From assembly GCA_965226885.1 (NCBI GenBank), contig CBDDEL010000014.1, positions 384,001 through 448,000 on the forward strand: DNA of 64,000 bases, read 5' to 3'. Shown here one piece after another: positions 54,531-64,000 of the stretch (its first letter is position 1; the number at the start of each line of letters is the position of its first letter). The position numbers and the translations under genes are program-made. This DNA comes from Opitutales bacterium. Its GTDB lineage: Bacteria > Verrucomicrobiota > Verrucomicrobiia > Opitutales > UBA2987. The notes beneath the pieces were generated by a model that was given only the letters and a program-made list of their open reading frames with translations, was not told where the DNA came from and did no database searches.

Positions 54531-54929
54531 ACATCACCACGGCGTGTCAGAACCGATTCAGAACGTCTCCCGTATTCTTTTCGAGAACTGCTTTCTCCGG
54601 ATTTTTAAAGCGGCGCTTGTTATCGCCCTTCAGAATCGCCCCCACAACCTGTATCGTAAAATCTGGGTTATTGGCGTCTTCAGCTTCACCGTTCACCGTA
54701 GTGCGATTCCCTAAGGAATAGGAGTCGGCACGGAAAGCCGAGGTCATTTGGGTGACCATAATTTCTGCCGATCCACGGCTTCCTCTTCGTCTCATCCCGT
54801 TTCCATGGTTATGTCCTTGACCGGCTTCCACCGGGCAGTCCGGTCTGAAAGTCTATTTCATGTCGGGTCTTGTCGCCATGGCCAACATCCGTTCGCAGAC
54901 CCGTAAGGACTGACCTATAAGACAATCGC

Positions 54930-55142
54930 ACCTCAAGGCCGCCAAACTTCGCTTTCCACTTGTAGAACGTGGTCTCGGAAATCCCATGGCGACGGCACAC
55001 TTCCGACGTCTTCAGGCCCCGCTCCTACCCGCGCGGGATGCCGATTATCTGCTCTTCACTGAAACGGGAACGTCTTCATGTCCATCTCCTCTCCAGGCGA
55101 TAGACTCCACCTTAAGCGGAAGGAAATCCAGGGGCCCAGTCA
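54930..55142 (-). pseudogene. Degenerate IS3 (IS407-group) left end and orfA fragment
   Basis: TGACTGGGCCCC end; RFSEEQIIGI...VCRRHGISETTFYKWKAKFGGLEV with a frameshift and a stop. Confidence 0.8.
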
Positions 55143-55620
55143 GCCTGATGGGGCTTCAGGCGGTCTACCGCGCGCCGCGCATCAGCGATCCTCACCCCGA
55201 GCACCGGGTCTACCCCTATCCGCTCAATGACTTGGCGATCGAGCTCTGGTGCGCCGACATCACCTACATCCCGGTGCGGCGCGGCTTTCTTTACCTGGTA
55301 GCGGTCATGAACTGGGCGAGTCGGCATGTGCTGGCTTGGCGTCTGTCGAACACCCTCGACGCGGGTTTCTGCACAGACGCTCTCGACGAGGCGCTGGCCC
55401 GCCACGGCACGCGCCGGAGATATTCAACACCGACCAGGGTAGCCAGTTCACCGGCTTCGCTTTCAGCGGCCGCCTGAGGGAAATTGGCGTCAAGATCTCG
55501 ATGGACGGCAGGGGCCGGTGACTGGACAACATCCGCATCGAGCGGCTGTTGCGTTCGCTCAAATGCGAGGCCGTCTATCTGCGGGAGATCGCGGACGGCT
55601 TCGAGGGCCGGCTCGTCGTC
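55143..55620 (+). pseudogene. Degenerate IS3 orfB fragment
   Basis: WCADITYIP...NTDQGSQF...MDGRGR*LDNIRIERLLRSLK with a frameshift and a stop. Confidence 0.85.
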
Positions 55621-55622
55621 GG

Positions 55623-56603
55623 TCAGAACTGATACTTTAGGTTGAGGCTGACGCCCCAGAATTGAATGTCCTCCGTCATCGCTGTGTATCGCACCCGCGC
55701 ACCGCCCGGTTTAACAGCGGACTCATGACTGCGGAGCTGATCCCACTCTTCCCCATCCTCGAATTCACCGAAATCCGCCCACCGGAACTTGAGCCCAATG
55801 GTGACCGGCTCACTGACCCGATAATCCACCCCGGCGATCGCCTGATACCCGAACAGGCTATTCGAGAGCTTGGCCCTGCCGATGGTAGTCGTCCCGGCGA
55901 CCCGCTGGTTCAGAAGCTCGCGGTTCTCACGTTCTGCCTCCGAAATATCCTCAATGTCCTTGTCAATTGTGAATGTCGGTATGTCGCGAAAGTCATAATT
56001 CCTCGCCCATCGGTTAAAGTAGTCCAAGGAAATCTGCGCAAACCCGACTCCAAATCCCACGTACGGTGTAAACTTCGAGTCCGAGCGGAAGTCGTAGTAC
56101 AGGTTGGCGAAGAAGTTGTGCGACAGCACGTCATCGACCCCGGCTTCTATGTAGCTGAGTTCATCTTGCTTACCACCCTGGAACGGTTCCCCCGCAGGTA
56201 GTAGCTGGATGTTATCGATCGATTCATCATAGGTCGTGCCGCGATAGAAATATTCCCCCTCGACCCTTAATCTCTCCAGGCGATACCCAAAGGCCACCCC
56301 GGCCAAAAGGCCAGTGCCCCCATCAAACTGCTGAATCCAGGAGAAAGCGTCTCTCGTAGACTGGGTACAATCCTTCCTCGGCGGCACCAGAAAATTCCCT
56401 GCCCCGTCATTATTAATGAACCCGTCGCATTGAGTTGCAACATCATTATCCCAGCTCTCCACGTCCATGCCCGGAGCCACCGCAATGCCCAAGTCCATTC
56501 CCATGTAAAATCCGTTCTTGGCCCATATTTGGCCGGAGGAGAACAGCAACGCTGGCACCATCAGCGCGAGTAACGGGTTTTTCATCATCTCACCCTTATT
56601 CAT
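55623..56603 (-). CDS. Outer-membrane beta-barrel protein, paralogue 3
   Basis: Signal peptide, GFYMGMDLG, RVEGEYFYR, NLYYDF...FTPYVGFGVG, C-terminal LKYQF. Confidence 0.85.
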   Translation of the reverse strand: MNKGEMMKNPLLALMVPALLFSSGQIWAKNGFYMGMDLGIAVAPGMDVESWDNDVATQCDGFINNDGAGNFLVPPRKDCTQSTRDAFSWIQQFDGGTGLLAGVAFGYRLERLRVEGEYFYRGTTYDESIDNIQLLPAGEPFQGGKQDELSYIEAGVDDVLSHNFFANLYYDFRSDSKFTPYVGFGVGFAQISLDYFNRWARNYDFRDIPTFTIDKDIEDISEAERENRELLNQRVAGTTTIGRAKLSNSLFGYQAIAGVDYRVSEPVTIGLKFRWADFGEFEDGEEWDQLRSHESAVKPGGARVRYTAMTEDIQFWGVSLNLKYQF

Positions 56604-56911
56604 TTCCTCATTGTTTTATAGCTTGATAGCAGACCCGAACACATCGCCGAAGTCTTCGATGGTGCGCTGAAGACCCTGTTTGTCAAGGGGAAAATGCTTG
56701 GGTTTGGAGGGAACTAACCGCTGCCTTGTTTGTGTGATCCCTGTCCTTTCAAACCTCGCCCCCGTTCGCCATCAGGACATATGTTAATCGAAGCCGTTCC
56801 AGTCGGTCGAAGCCGTTCCAGTCGGGCAACCCTCTCAACCAGACCTCCATGCGTCGGGTCCATACTCCAACAGGGATAGTCAGCTAACCGGTTCCCCGCA
56901 CAGCTTTCTAG

Positions 56912-58479
56912 CCCGGATATTTCATGAAGGGTAAAGTTTGGCTCGTTATTGCTATTGGAGATGGATTTCTTTGTATTTTGAGCAGATCGTCTTGATTTTT
57001 AGGTGTTTTTCAGGGTGTAGAGACACTGCCCCCTTTCCCCCATTGGTTCGGTAGTGCCGGGGGCAGCACCAATGCACCCTTTAGGTTGGCACCAATCGGC
57101 GGGCCGCATGGTTGAAAAGACTGGCCCAAGGATAACTCTCACTTAGGTGAAAGTGAATCGTTCGGGTGTTGCGCACGATGACCGCTCCGATCTTGATTAA
57201 TTTGAGCCGCAGGGTGTGGCATTGGGCCCGCGCCCACTTCGTCCCTTTTAAGGCTAACCGGCGCATGGCTTCCATCAAGGTGTAGGCCAGCGCCGACAAG
57301 AGCAATCGCCACTGATTGGCCCACCATTGATGGGCGCTGGTGCGCTCGCTGAACAATTGCATCTGTTCCTTGATTCGGTTCTCCATTTCACCGCGGCCAC
57401 AGTATACCTTGTCGTAAAGCTCCTGGGGATCGCCCGGCAGGTTCGTCACCACGAAGCGCGGGTTGGACCCCTGTGCGGTGTGTTCGGCTTTATGGATGAC
57501 CAACCGCAGCCATCGCCACGAATCGGCAGCATAGACGAAGTCCTGGAATAACCGTTGTTTTTTACCCCTTAGTTCGAACCATTCTTTGGCCTGCTTTTGC
57601 AACTGCTGGGCGTCTTGCTGCAAGCGTGCATTGCGAGCCATCCCCACGATGTAACTAACTTCGTTGCGGTCGCACCAAGAGAGTATCCGGTCTCGACAAA
57701 ATCCACTGTCGGCGCGCCAAATAATCCGCGTACGGTGCCAGCTTTGGCGAATCCGTTTAACCAGCAATTTGAGGATGGCCCCGGCATGCTTGCTGGCATC
57801 GATCTTGCTCGGCCGCAGGTAGGCCACCAGCAGCTGATCACCGCAAAAAACATATAGCGGCAGAAAACAGTAATGATCATAATAACCGTGGAAAAAACGT
57901 CCCTCCTGGAGCCCGTGCACCGGATTGTCGGTGGCGTCAAAGTCCAGGATGATCTCTTCGGGTTCCTCGGCAAAGGAGCCCATGAACTGTTCGACCAACA
58001 GCTCGTTTACCGCAAAGGCCGCCCGCCGATCCTGCCCGTTTTCAAAACGACACAAAGTCGGCGCGCTGGCCAACGTTTCAATGCGCCCCGTTACCGTTTG
58101 CTAACAATGGATCGTGGCGCAGGGTATCAAAGTCGTTCAAATCCTCATAGCCCGCCACCAGCCCGTAAACGCGCTGCCGCAGCATCCCCAATACCTCATG
58201 GCGTACTTTGCCCTTCTGCCGTTTGTCCACTAACTGTCGGGCCGCTCGTTCGGTCAAGCCCAACTGCCGATCCACTTCCCGGATCAAAAGCAGTCCGGCA
58301 TCCGAAGTAACCTCTCCGCCCTTGAAATCAACCCGCACACGGCGGCCTTTTACCCTTGTCAACTGTAGCTTTAATTGTTTACCTTTTGTCATCGCTGATA
58401 TTGCTTTAATTATTGATCTATCCTGCTGTATATCAGCAGTTAAGCATATCAACGATACTTTTTTTACGAAATATCCGGG
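56912..58479 (-). mobile_element. IS1380 copy 8 (transposase frameshifted by a 1-bp insertion near 58102)
   Basis: Complete IRs; CTAG duplication; ORF split into 58078-58452 and 57081-58073. Confidence 0.94.
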
Positions 58480-58817
58480 CTAGCCCGACCCTTCGTGATT
58501 GAAAGGGACTTATGCTTCGCCTTGACACATAAGCGACCACGAGGAGGCATCACGGTTCCGCGGGAGCGGGAAGACTCGTCTCCGCCGGGACGATGGCCAT
58601 GATTCTCTTAAAGCTTTATGAAGCGATGAACATAAATGTCGTAGACGGATGTGCCCCCGCCGAAAATCCCTACTATCCAGGCATGCAAGACATTAAAGAA
58701 GTTCTGGATGTAATAGTCGAATTGACTGAAAGGCTTAATCATGGCGGCTAAGTCCTCAATAATACGCTTCTCCCCTGACGACCGGGAAACCAATCTAGGT
58801 ATACAGACCTTATCCTA

Positions 58818-60640
58818 GAGGCTGTCCCAAAAGGGTGATTTTTGCGAGGGCTTTTGATAGGCGCTCATTTTAGAGGTATTTGCATTTGGGAGAGTATCAA
58901 CTTTGCTCTCCTATGACGTTAGGATACTGGTTTTGGGGTCCGGTTGCCTGGTTTTCTTTGTATGAGCCGACAGTACGGCTGTGAAAAAGTATTGTCCTTG
59001 CTTTTCCGCTTTCTAGGCCGCCGCTTTGGTTTTTAGTTCGTCTTGCTGGGCCAGCATCTTGGCTACTTTCCATAGGTTGTGCGAGAGTACCGACCAGGCT
59101 ACGCTGATCGAGCGGTTGGCAAAGCCTTTGCTGCGCAACCCCCGGCCTGCCAGCGATTCTTCAATACCCCGATCCCCGATCCGCCCTTCGGTGCTGGCCC
59201 GGCGCTTTTGCAATTGCCTGAACAGTGGTTCCTCCATCCGTTTTTTCAACTGCTTCGGATCGCGTGGACAGAGCGCGTCGTAGATTCCCTCCTGGGCTAA
59301 CTGCCGGCGGGCCCGCTGGGAGGCAAATCCCCGGTCCGCGCACATGGCCGCTATGGGTTCTTCCAGGTTGAAGCGGTTCTGTCTTTGCAAACTCTCTTGC
59401 ATTTGTTCATTTTCGCTTGGAGTTCGGCTGCCGTAGAGTTTCCAGTCCAGCAGGTACCCTTCAACGCTTTCTCCCAAAAACAGGGTGTTGCCGAACTCGA
59501 CCTCTTGGCCCGCTTTACCTCGCACAATCACCTGCCCATCGAGTTCGTAAACACTCAAGACTTTCTCTGCGTTTTTCACCTGGCGGCCGCCAATGATCCG
59601 CTCGGGCGCCTGTTTGATGACCACCGGGATTTGCTCGCTCATGCGCTCCATCCGGGCGAGGATCTGTTGGACCTGTTTTTCGCTGTAATCGCTTTGCTCC
59701 CAGCAGGCTTGCAATAATTCCCGGTGACTGCGGGCATGCTCCCCGATCCGTTTGAGCAGCTTTTTCATCTGCCTCAAGATACCCTTGCGCTGTCGCGCGC
59801 TGTCCTTTCGCCGCCGGCTGTGGGTCATCTGTATGCACAGCCGATTCATCTGCCGAGCCAAGGGCTCCGGTTCGATCGGCATGCGATGGCGCAAACCGGC
59901 CTTCTCGCGGATCAGCCGGATCGCTTTGAGCAACGTGCCGGCTACATCCTTGAGTAATACCCAGTCCGTCGGCCAATGAATGTTAGCCTCCAAACAGGTG
60001 CCGTCGATCAGGCAAATGGTGGTGTCAATCGGCTTGTCCAATCCCACCTGCCGGGCCAGAAGGGCATCGCCCACCACCTCAGTCAAGGTCCGGTGCAAGG
60101 CCCTCAACTGCTCTTCGCTGAAAAACTTCGAGGCCCGCTCCAGGGTGCTTTTGGAGATGCCCCTGATGCCATCGATCTGCCGGACACGGCAAAAGTCGGC
60201 CAACAGATCGCTGCTGCCCAGAGCCCGCGACAAATGCCGAAACGAAATCCCTCCGAGCAGATGGCCCAGCGTATCCATGCGCAGTGCCTTGATGGCAAAA
60301 CTGGCCCGCTGCCGCCGGGCCTTTAGACCCATTGGCTGCCACCCCTCCAAGGCCAGCTCAATGGCCTGCGATTCCACCTCCGAGTCGATCAGCAGCCGAT
60401 CGATTCGATCAATGGTGGCGCGGAAGTTATCGTAATCGAGGCACCGGTCGACCACAGTTAAAGCTGGACGCAGGAGGCATTGGATGGCTATATTTTTCAT
60501 AGAAAGGGCTATATTGATTTTCGCTAACTCAATTATAGAACCCTTTTTTGGCCGGATCGAGCAAAAACTTGCTCTTTCCGGCTCTTTTTATCAACGTCAT
60601 CCAGTTGACTATAAAATCTTTATATTTTTGGGACAGCCTC
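58818..60640 (-). mobile_element. IS5/ISNCY-like element copy 2 (transposase 59013-60500)
   Basis: Same IRs as 20788-22604, flanked by TA; compensating +7/-1 indels near the C-terminus. Confidence 0.88.
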
Positions 60641-60687
60641 TAATTAGCGGTCAATAACTGTCAGACACAACATTCAAAAAAATTATT

Positions 60688-61785
60688 TTGAGCAGTATTT
60701 CAAAAGTCCTCGTTGTTGACGATCAACCGGTTAACGTAAAGTTGCTGCAGCGCAAGCTGGAGCAAAACGGGATGTTGGTTTGGCCCGCCTTCAGCGGACG
60801 GCAATGCCTCGACCAGGTAAAAAAGGAGACTCCGGACATCCTTCTGTTGGATATCATGATGCCCGAAATGGATGGATTCGAGGTCTGCAAAATACTCAAG
60901 GCAGACGAGGCAACCAAGGCCATCCCCATCATTTTCATTACCGCCAAATCCTCCAAAGAGGGAAAATTGCAAGGACTGGAAGCTGGAGCCGTCGATTATA
61001 TTACGAAACCGATTGATCTTGATGAAACAATTGCCCGGGTAAAAACCCAGCTCCGTTTTCAACAAATCAACAGGGAAAACATTGATCTGCAAAAGCGCCT
61101 GAGCGACTCCCGGCAAACGGCAGCTATCGGGGCGATCACCCAAGGAATTTCCCACAACCTGAACAACCTGCTGGGAGTCGTGGTGGGATACCTGGACCTT
61201 CTCAAGGCAGCAAAAGAGGATCCGAAAATGACGGATCGCTGCATCAATTTGATGGACCAGTCCATACAAAGAATGGTCAATATTGTCCGGCAGTTGGGAA
61301 CCATCGCCAATAATGAGAGATTTTCATTACAACCCCTTTCCCTGCAGCGGCTTTTAGACAACAGTGTTCGCCGGTTCCAGTTGGAAAACAACCTCTCCAA
61401 TTCCGTGGTTGTGAATAACAAGCTGGAAAACCTGCTGCTGCCAGCGAACGTGGAAGCCTTTGAAAGCATCCTTGGCAACCTCCTCATAAATGCCCTCGAA
61501 AGTTATCCCGAAGGAGAAAATAACCGGAAAATCACCATCGAAACGGAATTGGTGGAATCCGATACTAATCGGCAGATTCGGATCCGGGTTCTGGATGAAG
61601 GAACCGGTATCGACCCAAATGTTAAAGATCATATCTTCGAACCTTTTATCAGTGGGAAAACCTCCGTTGGACATGGAATGGGTCTGACCATTGCGCGTCA
61701 CGGAATTCGCAATCTGGGTGGCGAACTTCTGCTCAAGCCAAGAATCGATGGGGGTATTTGCGCGGAGTTATCCCATCCCATTTGA
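60688..61785 (+). CDS. Hybrid response regulator-histidine kinase
   Basis: Receiver motifs VVDD...LLDIMMP...YITKP; H-box SHNLNNLL; N-box NLLINA; G-boxes DEGTG and GMGL. Confidence 0.94.
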   Translation: MSSISKVLVVDDQPVNVKLLQRKLEQNGMLVWPAFSGRQCLDQVKKETPDILLLDIMMPEMDGFEVCKILKADEATKAIPIIFITAKSSKEGKLQGLEAGAVDYITKPIDLDETIARVKTQLRFQQINRENIDLQKRLSDSRQTAAIGAITQGISHNLNNLLGVVVGYLDLLKAAKEDPKMTDRCINLMDQSIQRMVNIVRQLGTIANNERFSLQPLSLQRLLDNSVRRFQLENNLSNSVVVNNKLENLLLPANVEAFESILGNLLINALESYPEGENNRKITIETELVESDTNRQIRIRVLDEGTGIDPNVKDHIFEPFISGKTSVGHGMGLTIARHGIRNLGGELLLKPRIDGGICAELSHPI

Positions 61786-61874
61786 AAAATCCTTATCCTT
61801 CTCTTCGGGATAATCCGTGCCCGGCCATAAATTCCGCCTCGACAGCGAGTTTCGAGCCCTCTTAACTCAAAAAG

Positions 61875-62681
61875 GTGAAGGTCAAAGTGTCATTTCTGGG
61901 CGCCGGGCGCATGGCCACTGCCATAGTTACAGGCATACTCCGCAAAAATCTTTATACAGCGGAGGAGTTGGGCTGCCTGGGCGCACCGGACGGTTCCGCC
62001 GAGGCTCTCTCCACCCAAACCGGAATCCGCCACATCCCGAATCTCGAGGAATTATTATCCCAATGCGAAATAATTGTCCTCGCATTCAAACCGCAGCAAT
62101 TGTCCGAAATGGGGCCGGTCCACGCCAAGCTCTGTGCGGGCAAACTGGTGATTTCCATCTTGGCAGGCTCCACCCTGGCAAGACTGCAGGGAAAGTTTCC
62201 CGAAGCCGCAAACATCATCCGCGCCATGCCCAACACTCCCGGCCAGATCGGGGCGGGCATCACCTGCTATGCAGCGAAAAAAGAACTTGAGCCTGCCGAC
62301 CGGGAAACAACGGAAAATATTCTCGCCTCCATGGGGCCGGTCATTCCCATTAAGGAAGAATACCTGGACGCCGTAACGGCCCTCAGCGGAAGCGGCCCGG
62401 CTTACGTTTTCGAATTCGTGGCGGCCTTGCGCGATGCCGGCATTGAGGCCGGCCTGGAGACGGCCGTGGCCGAGCAACTCTCCCTGGAAACGGTTCTTGG
62501 GCCGGCCCGCCTGCTGGCCCGCAGCGGGGAGAAACCGGAAACCCTTCGAGACTGGGTCAGCTCCCCCGGCGGAACCACCCTGGCCGGCCTGGAGGTATTG
62601 AGCAAAGGAAATTTCCGGCAACTCATCGGAAACACCCTGCAAGCCGCCAAAAAAAGGTCTATCGAGCTCTCCCAAAGCTAA
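61875..62681 (+). CDS. proC: Pyrroline-5-carboxylate reductase
   Basis: GAGRMA, AFKPQ, RAMPNTP, ALSGSGPAY, VSSPGGTT. Confidence 0.97.
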   Translation: MKVKVSFLGAGRMATAIVTGILRKNLYTAEELGCLGAPDGSAEALSTQTGIRHIPNLEELLSQCEIIVLAFKPQQLSEMGPVHAKLCAGKLVISILAGSTLARLQGKFPEAANIIRAMPNTPGQIGAGITCYAAKKELEPADRETTENILASMGPVIPIKEEYLDAVTALSGSGPAYVFEFVAALRDAGIEAGLETAVAEQLSLETVLGPARLLARSGEKPETLRDWVSSPGGTTLAGLEVLSKGNFRQLIGNTLQAAKKRSIELSQS

Positions 62682-62689
62682 GAAAAAAA

Positions 62690-62766
62690 TGGTGGGAGAT
62701 ACTGGACTCGAACCAGCGACTTCTTGCGTGTGAAGCAAGCGCTCTAACCAACTGAGCTAATCCCCC
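62690..62766 (-). tRNA. tRNA-Val (anticodon CAC)
   Basis: GGGGGATTAGCTCAGTTGGTTAGAGCG-CTTGC TT CAC AC GCAAG-...GGTTCGAGTCC...CCCACCA cloverleaf with encoded CCA. Confidence 0.97.
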
Positions 62767-63040
62767 AAAAACCGATCACCGATGTGGGCCGGGTGTCTGG
62801 TAGAAGGTCTACTTTGCCATCCCGGGCGTCTTCGTCAATTCCTGAAAATCAGTATTTCTCCCGCCGTTGACAGATTTCTGAATTTTTCCAGCCTACAGAG
62901 GCATTTTTTTGGCTTGGTTCGGACATGAAAATACCTGTGGATTGGCAAAGACATGCAGCCTTTTTTCTGGTATAAGATTGTTTTAAAAATTATTCACCGA
63001 ATTTATTCAGCGAGAGGAAGTAGGTCGCTACCTTGATTTT

Positions 63041-64000
63041 ATGAAACGAGCATTAATAACCGGAATCACCGGCCAAGATGGTTCTTATCTGGCCGAATTG
63101 CTACTCAAGAAGGGTTACGAGGTGCATGGAATTATTCGGCGCGCCTCTACTTTTAATACTTCACGCATCGATCATATTTATCAGGATCCCCATATTGACA
63201 GTAACCGTCTCTTTCTGCATTTCGGGGATCTTTCTGACGGAGGCCGCCTGGCCAAGCTTTTTTACGATGTCGAACCGGAGGAGATCTACAACCTGGGAGC
63301 GCAGAGCCATGTGCGTGTCTCTTTCGACATCCCGGAATATACGGGGGATGTCACCGGTTTGGGCACGGTTCGCATGTTGGAGGGGTTGAGGGAGGCCGGC
63401 CTGGAAAAGAAAGTTCGGTTCTACCAGGCATCTTCTTCCGAGATGTTTGGGAAAGTGCAGGAAGTGCCCCAGACCGAGAGAACGCCCTTCTATCCTCGTT
63501 CCCCTTATGGGTGCGCCAAAGTATTTTCCTACTGGTTAACTGTTAACTACCGTGAGGCCTACGATCTGCACGCCAGCAACGGCATTCTTTTCAACCACGA
63601 GTCTCCTCGCCGGGGGGAAACTTTTGTCACTCGTAAAATTACGCGTGCCGCAACCCGTATCAAGGTGGGTTTGCAGAAGAATCTTTTTCTCGGGAACATG
63701 GATGCCCGGCGCGATTGGGGTTACGCGCCTGATTTTGTGGAGGCGATGTGGCTCATGCTGCAGCAGGACCAGCCAGGAGACTATGTTATCGCCACCAACG
63801 AGAACCATAGCGTGCGGGATTTTTGCCAGGAAGCCTTCGGGCACCTCGATCTGGACTGGAAGGAATTTGTGAAAAGCGATTCACGCTACGAACGCCCGGC
63901 GGAGGTCGATCTCCTCGTCGGCGATCCGGCCAAGGCCCGGCAAAATTTGAATTGGGAACCACGAGTGACATTCAAAAAACTTGTGCAAATCATGGTCGAG
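63041..64000 (+). CDS. gmd: GDP-mannose 4,6-dehydratase (3' end beyond the window)
   Basis: My translation: [22 protein letters not shown]...[13 protein letters not shown]...[10 protein letters not shown]...PRSPYGCAK...[17 protein letters not shown]. Confidence 0.97.
   Translation, partial: MKRALITGITGQDGSYLAELLLKKGYEVHGIIRRASTFNTSRIDHIYQDPHIDSNRLFLHFGDLSDGGRLAKLFYDVEPEEIYNLGAQSHVRVSFDIPEYTGDVTGLGTVRMLEGLREAGLEKKVRFYQASSSEMFGKVQEVPQTERTPFYPRSPYGCAKVFSYWLTVNYREAYDLHASNGILFNHESPRRGETFVTRKITRAATRIKVGLQKNLFLGNMDARRDWGYAPDFVEAMWLMLQQDQPGDYVIATNENHSVRDFCQEAFGHLDLDWKEFVKSDSRYERPAEVDLLVGDPAKARQNLNWEPRVTFKKLVQIMVE

Noticed and set aside
54547..54831. 94-aa minus-strand ORF (and the 61-aa ORF at 58608-58793)
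   Set aside because: No recognisable motif; probably gene fragments between IS scars.
62690..62766. tRNA-Val as the integration site of the IS-rich region
   Set aside because: I found no duplicated tRNA 3' end and no integrase, and two core genes separate it from the region.

Overview
Bacterial chromosomal window, probably from a Verrucomicrobia (Opitutae-like) organism and plausibly host-associated; both points are inferred from protein families only. Housekeeping genes occupy the flanks. Left: TPR protein, SDR, NupC-type transporter, yhbY, alaS, leuB, MBL hydrolase, ribD, rdgB. Right: hybrid response regulator/histidine kinase, proC, tRNA-Val(CAC), gmd. Between about 10.9 and 60.6 kb lies an IS-saturated region, roughly 70% IS by my manual tally: 8 near-identical IS1380 copies, 5 IS1 copies plus a second IS1 type, IS3 (2 types plus relics), IS21 x2, IS630 x2, IS5/ISNCY-like x2, IS6 and an IS1595 relic. 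Many are nested, and target duplications let me rebuild several destroyed genes. Cargo in the region includes a decayed plasmid replicon (parA-RHH-rep with iteron-like and centromere-like repeats), a phage replication-protein relic, a DAACS transporter, an HNH/excalibur pseudogene, a double-spondin surface protein broken by a 19-bp duplication, and three divergent Cys-loop outer-membrane beta-barrel paralogues. Several unexplained structured non-coding elements are also present: a ~90-nt hairpin, a MITE-like palindrome, a possible orphan IS110 bridge-RNA-like end, and a pseudoknot-like element behind the IS1380 stop codon. No CRISPR array or rRNA was seen. Family names come from motif recognition, not database searches, and single-base frameshifts could be assembly errors.
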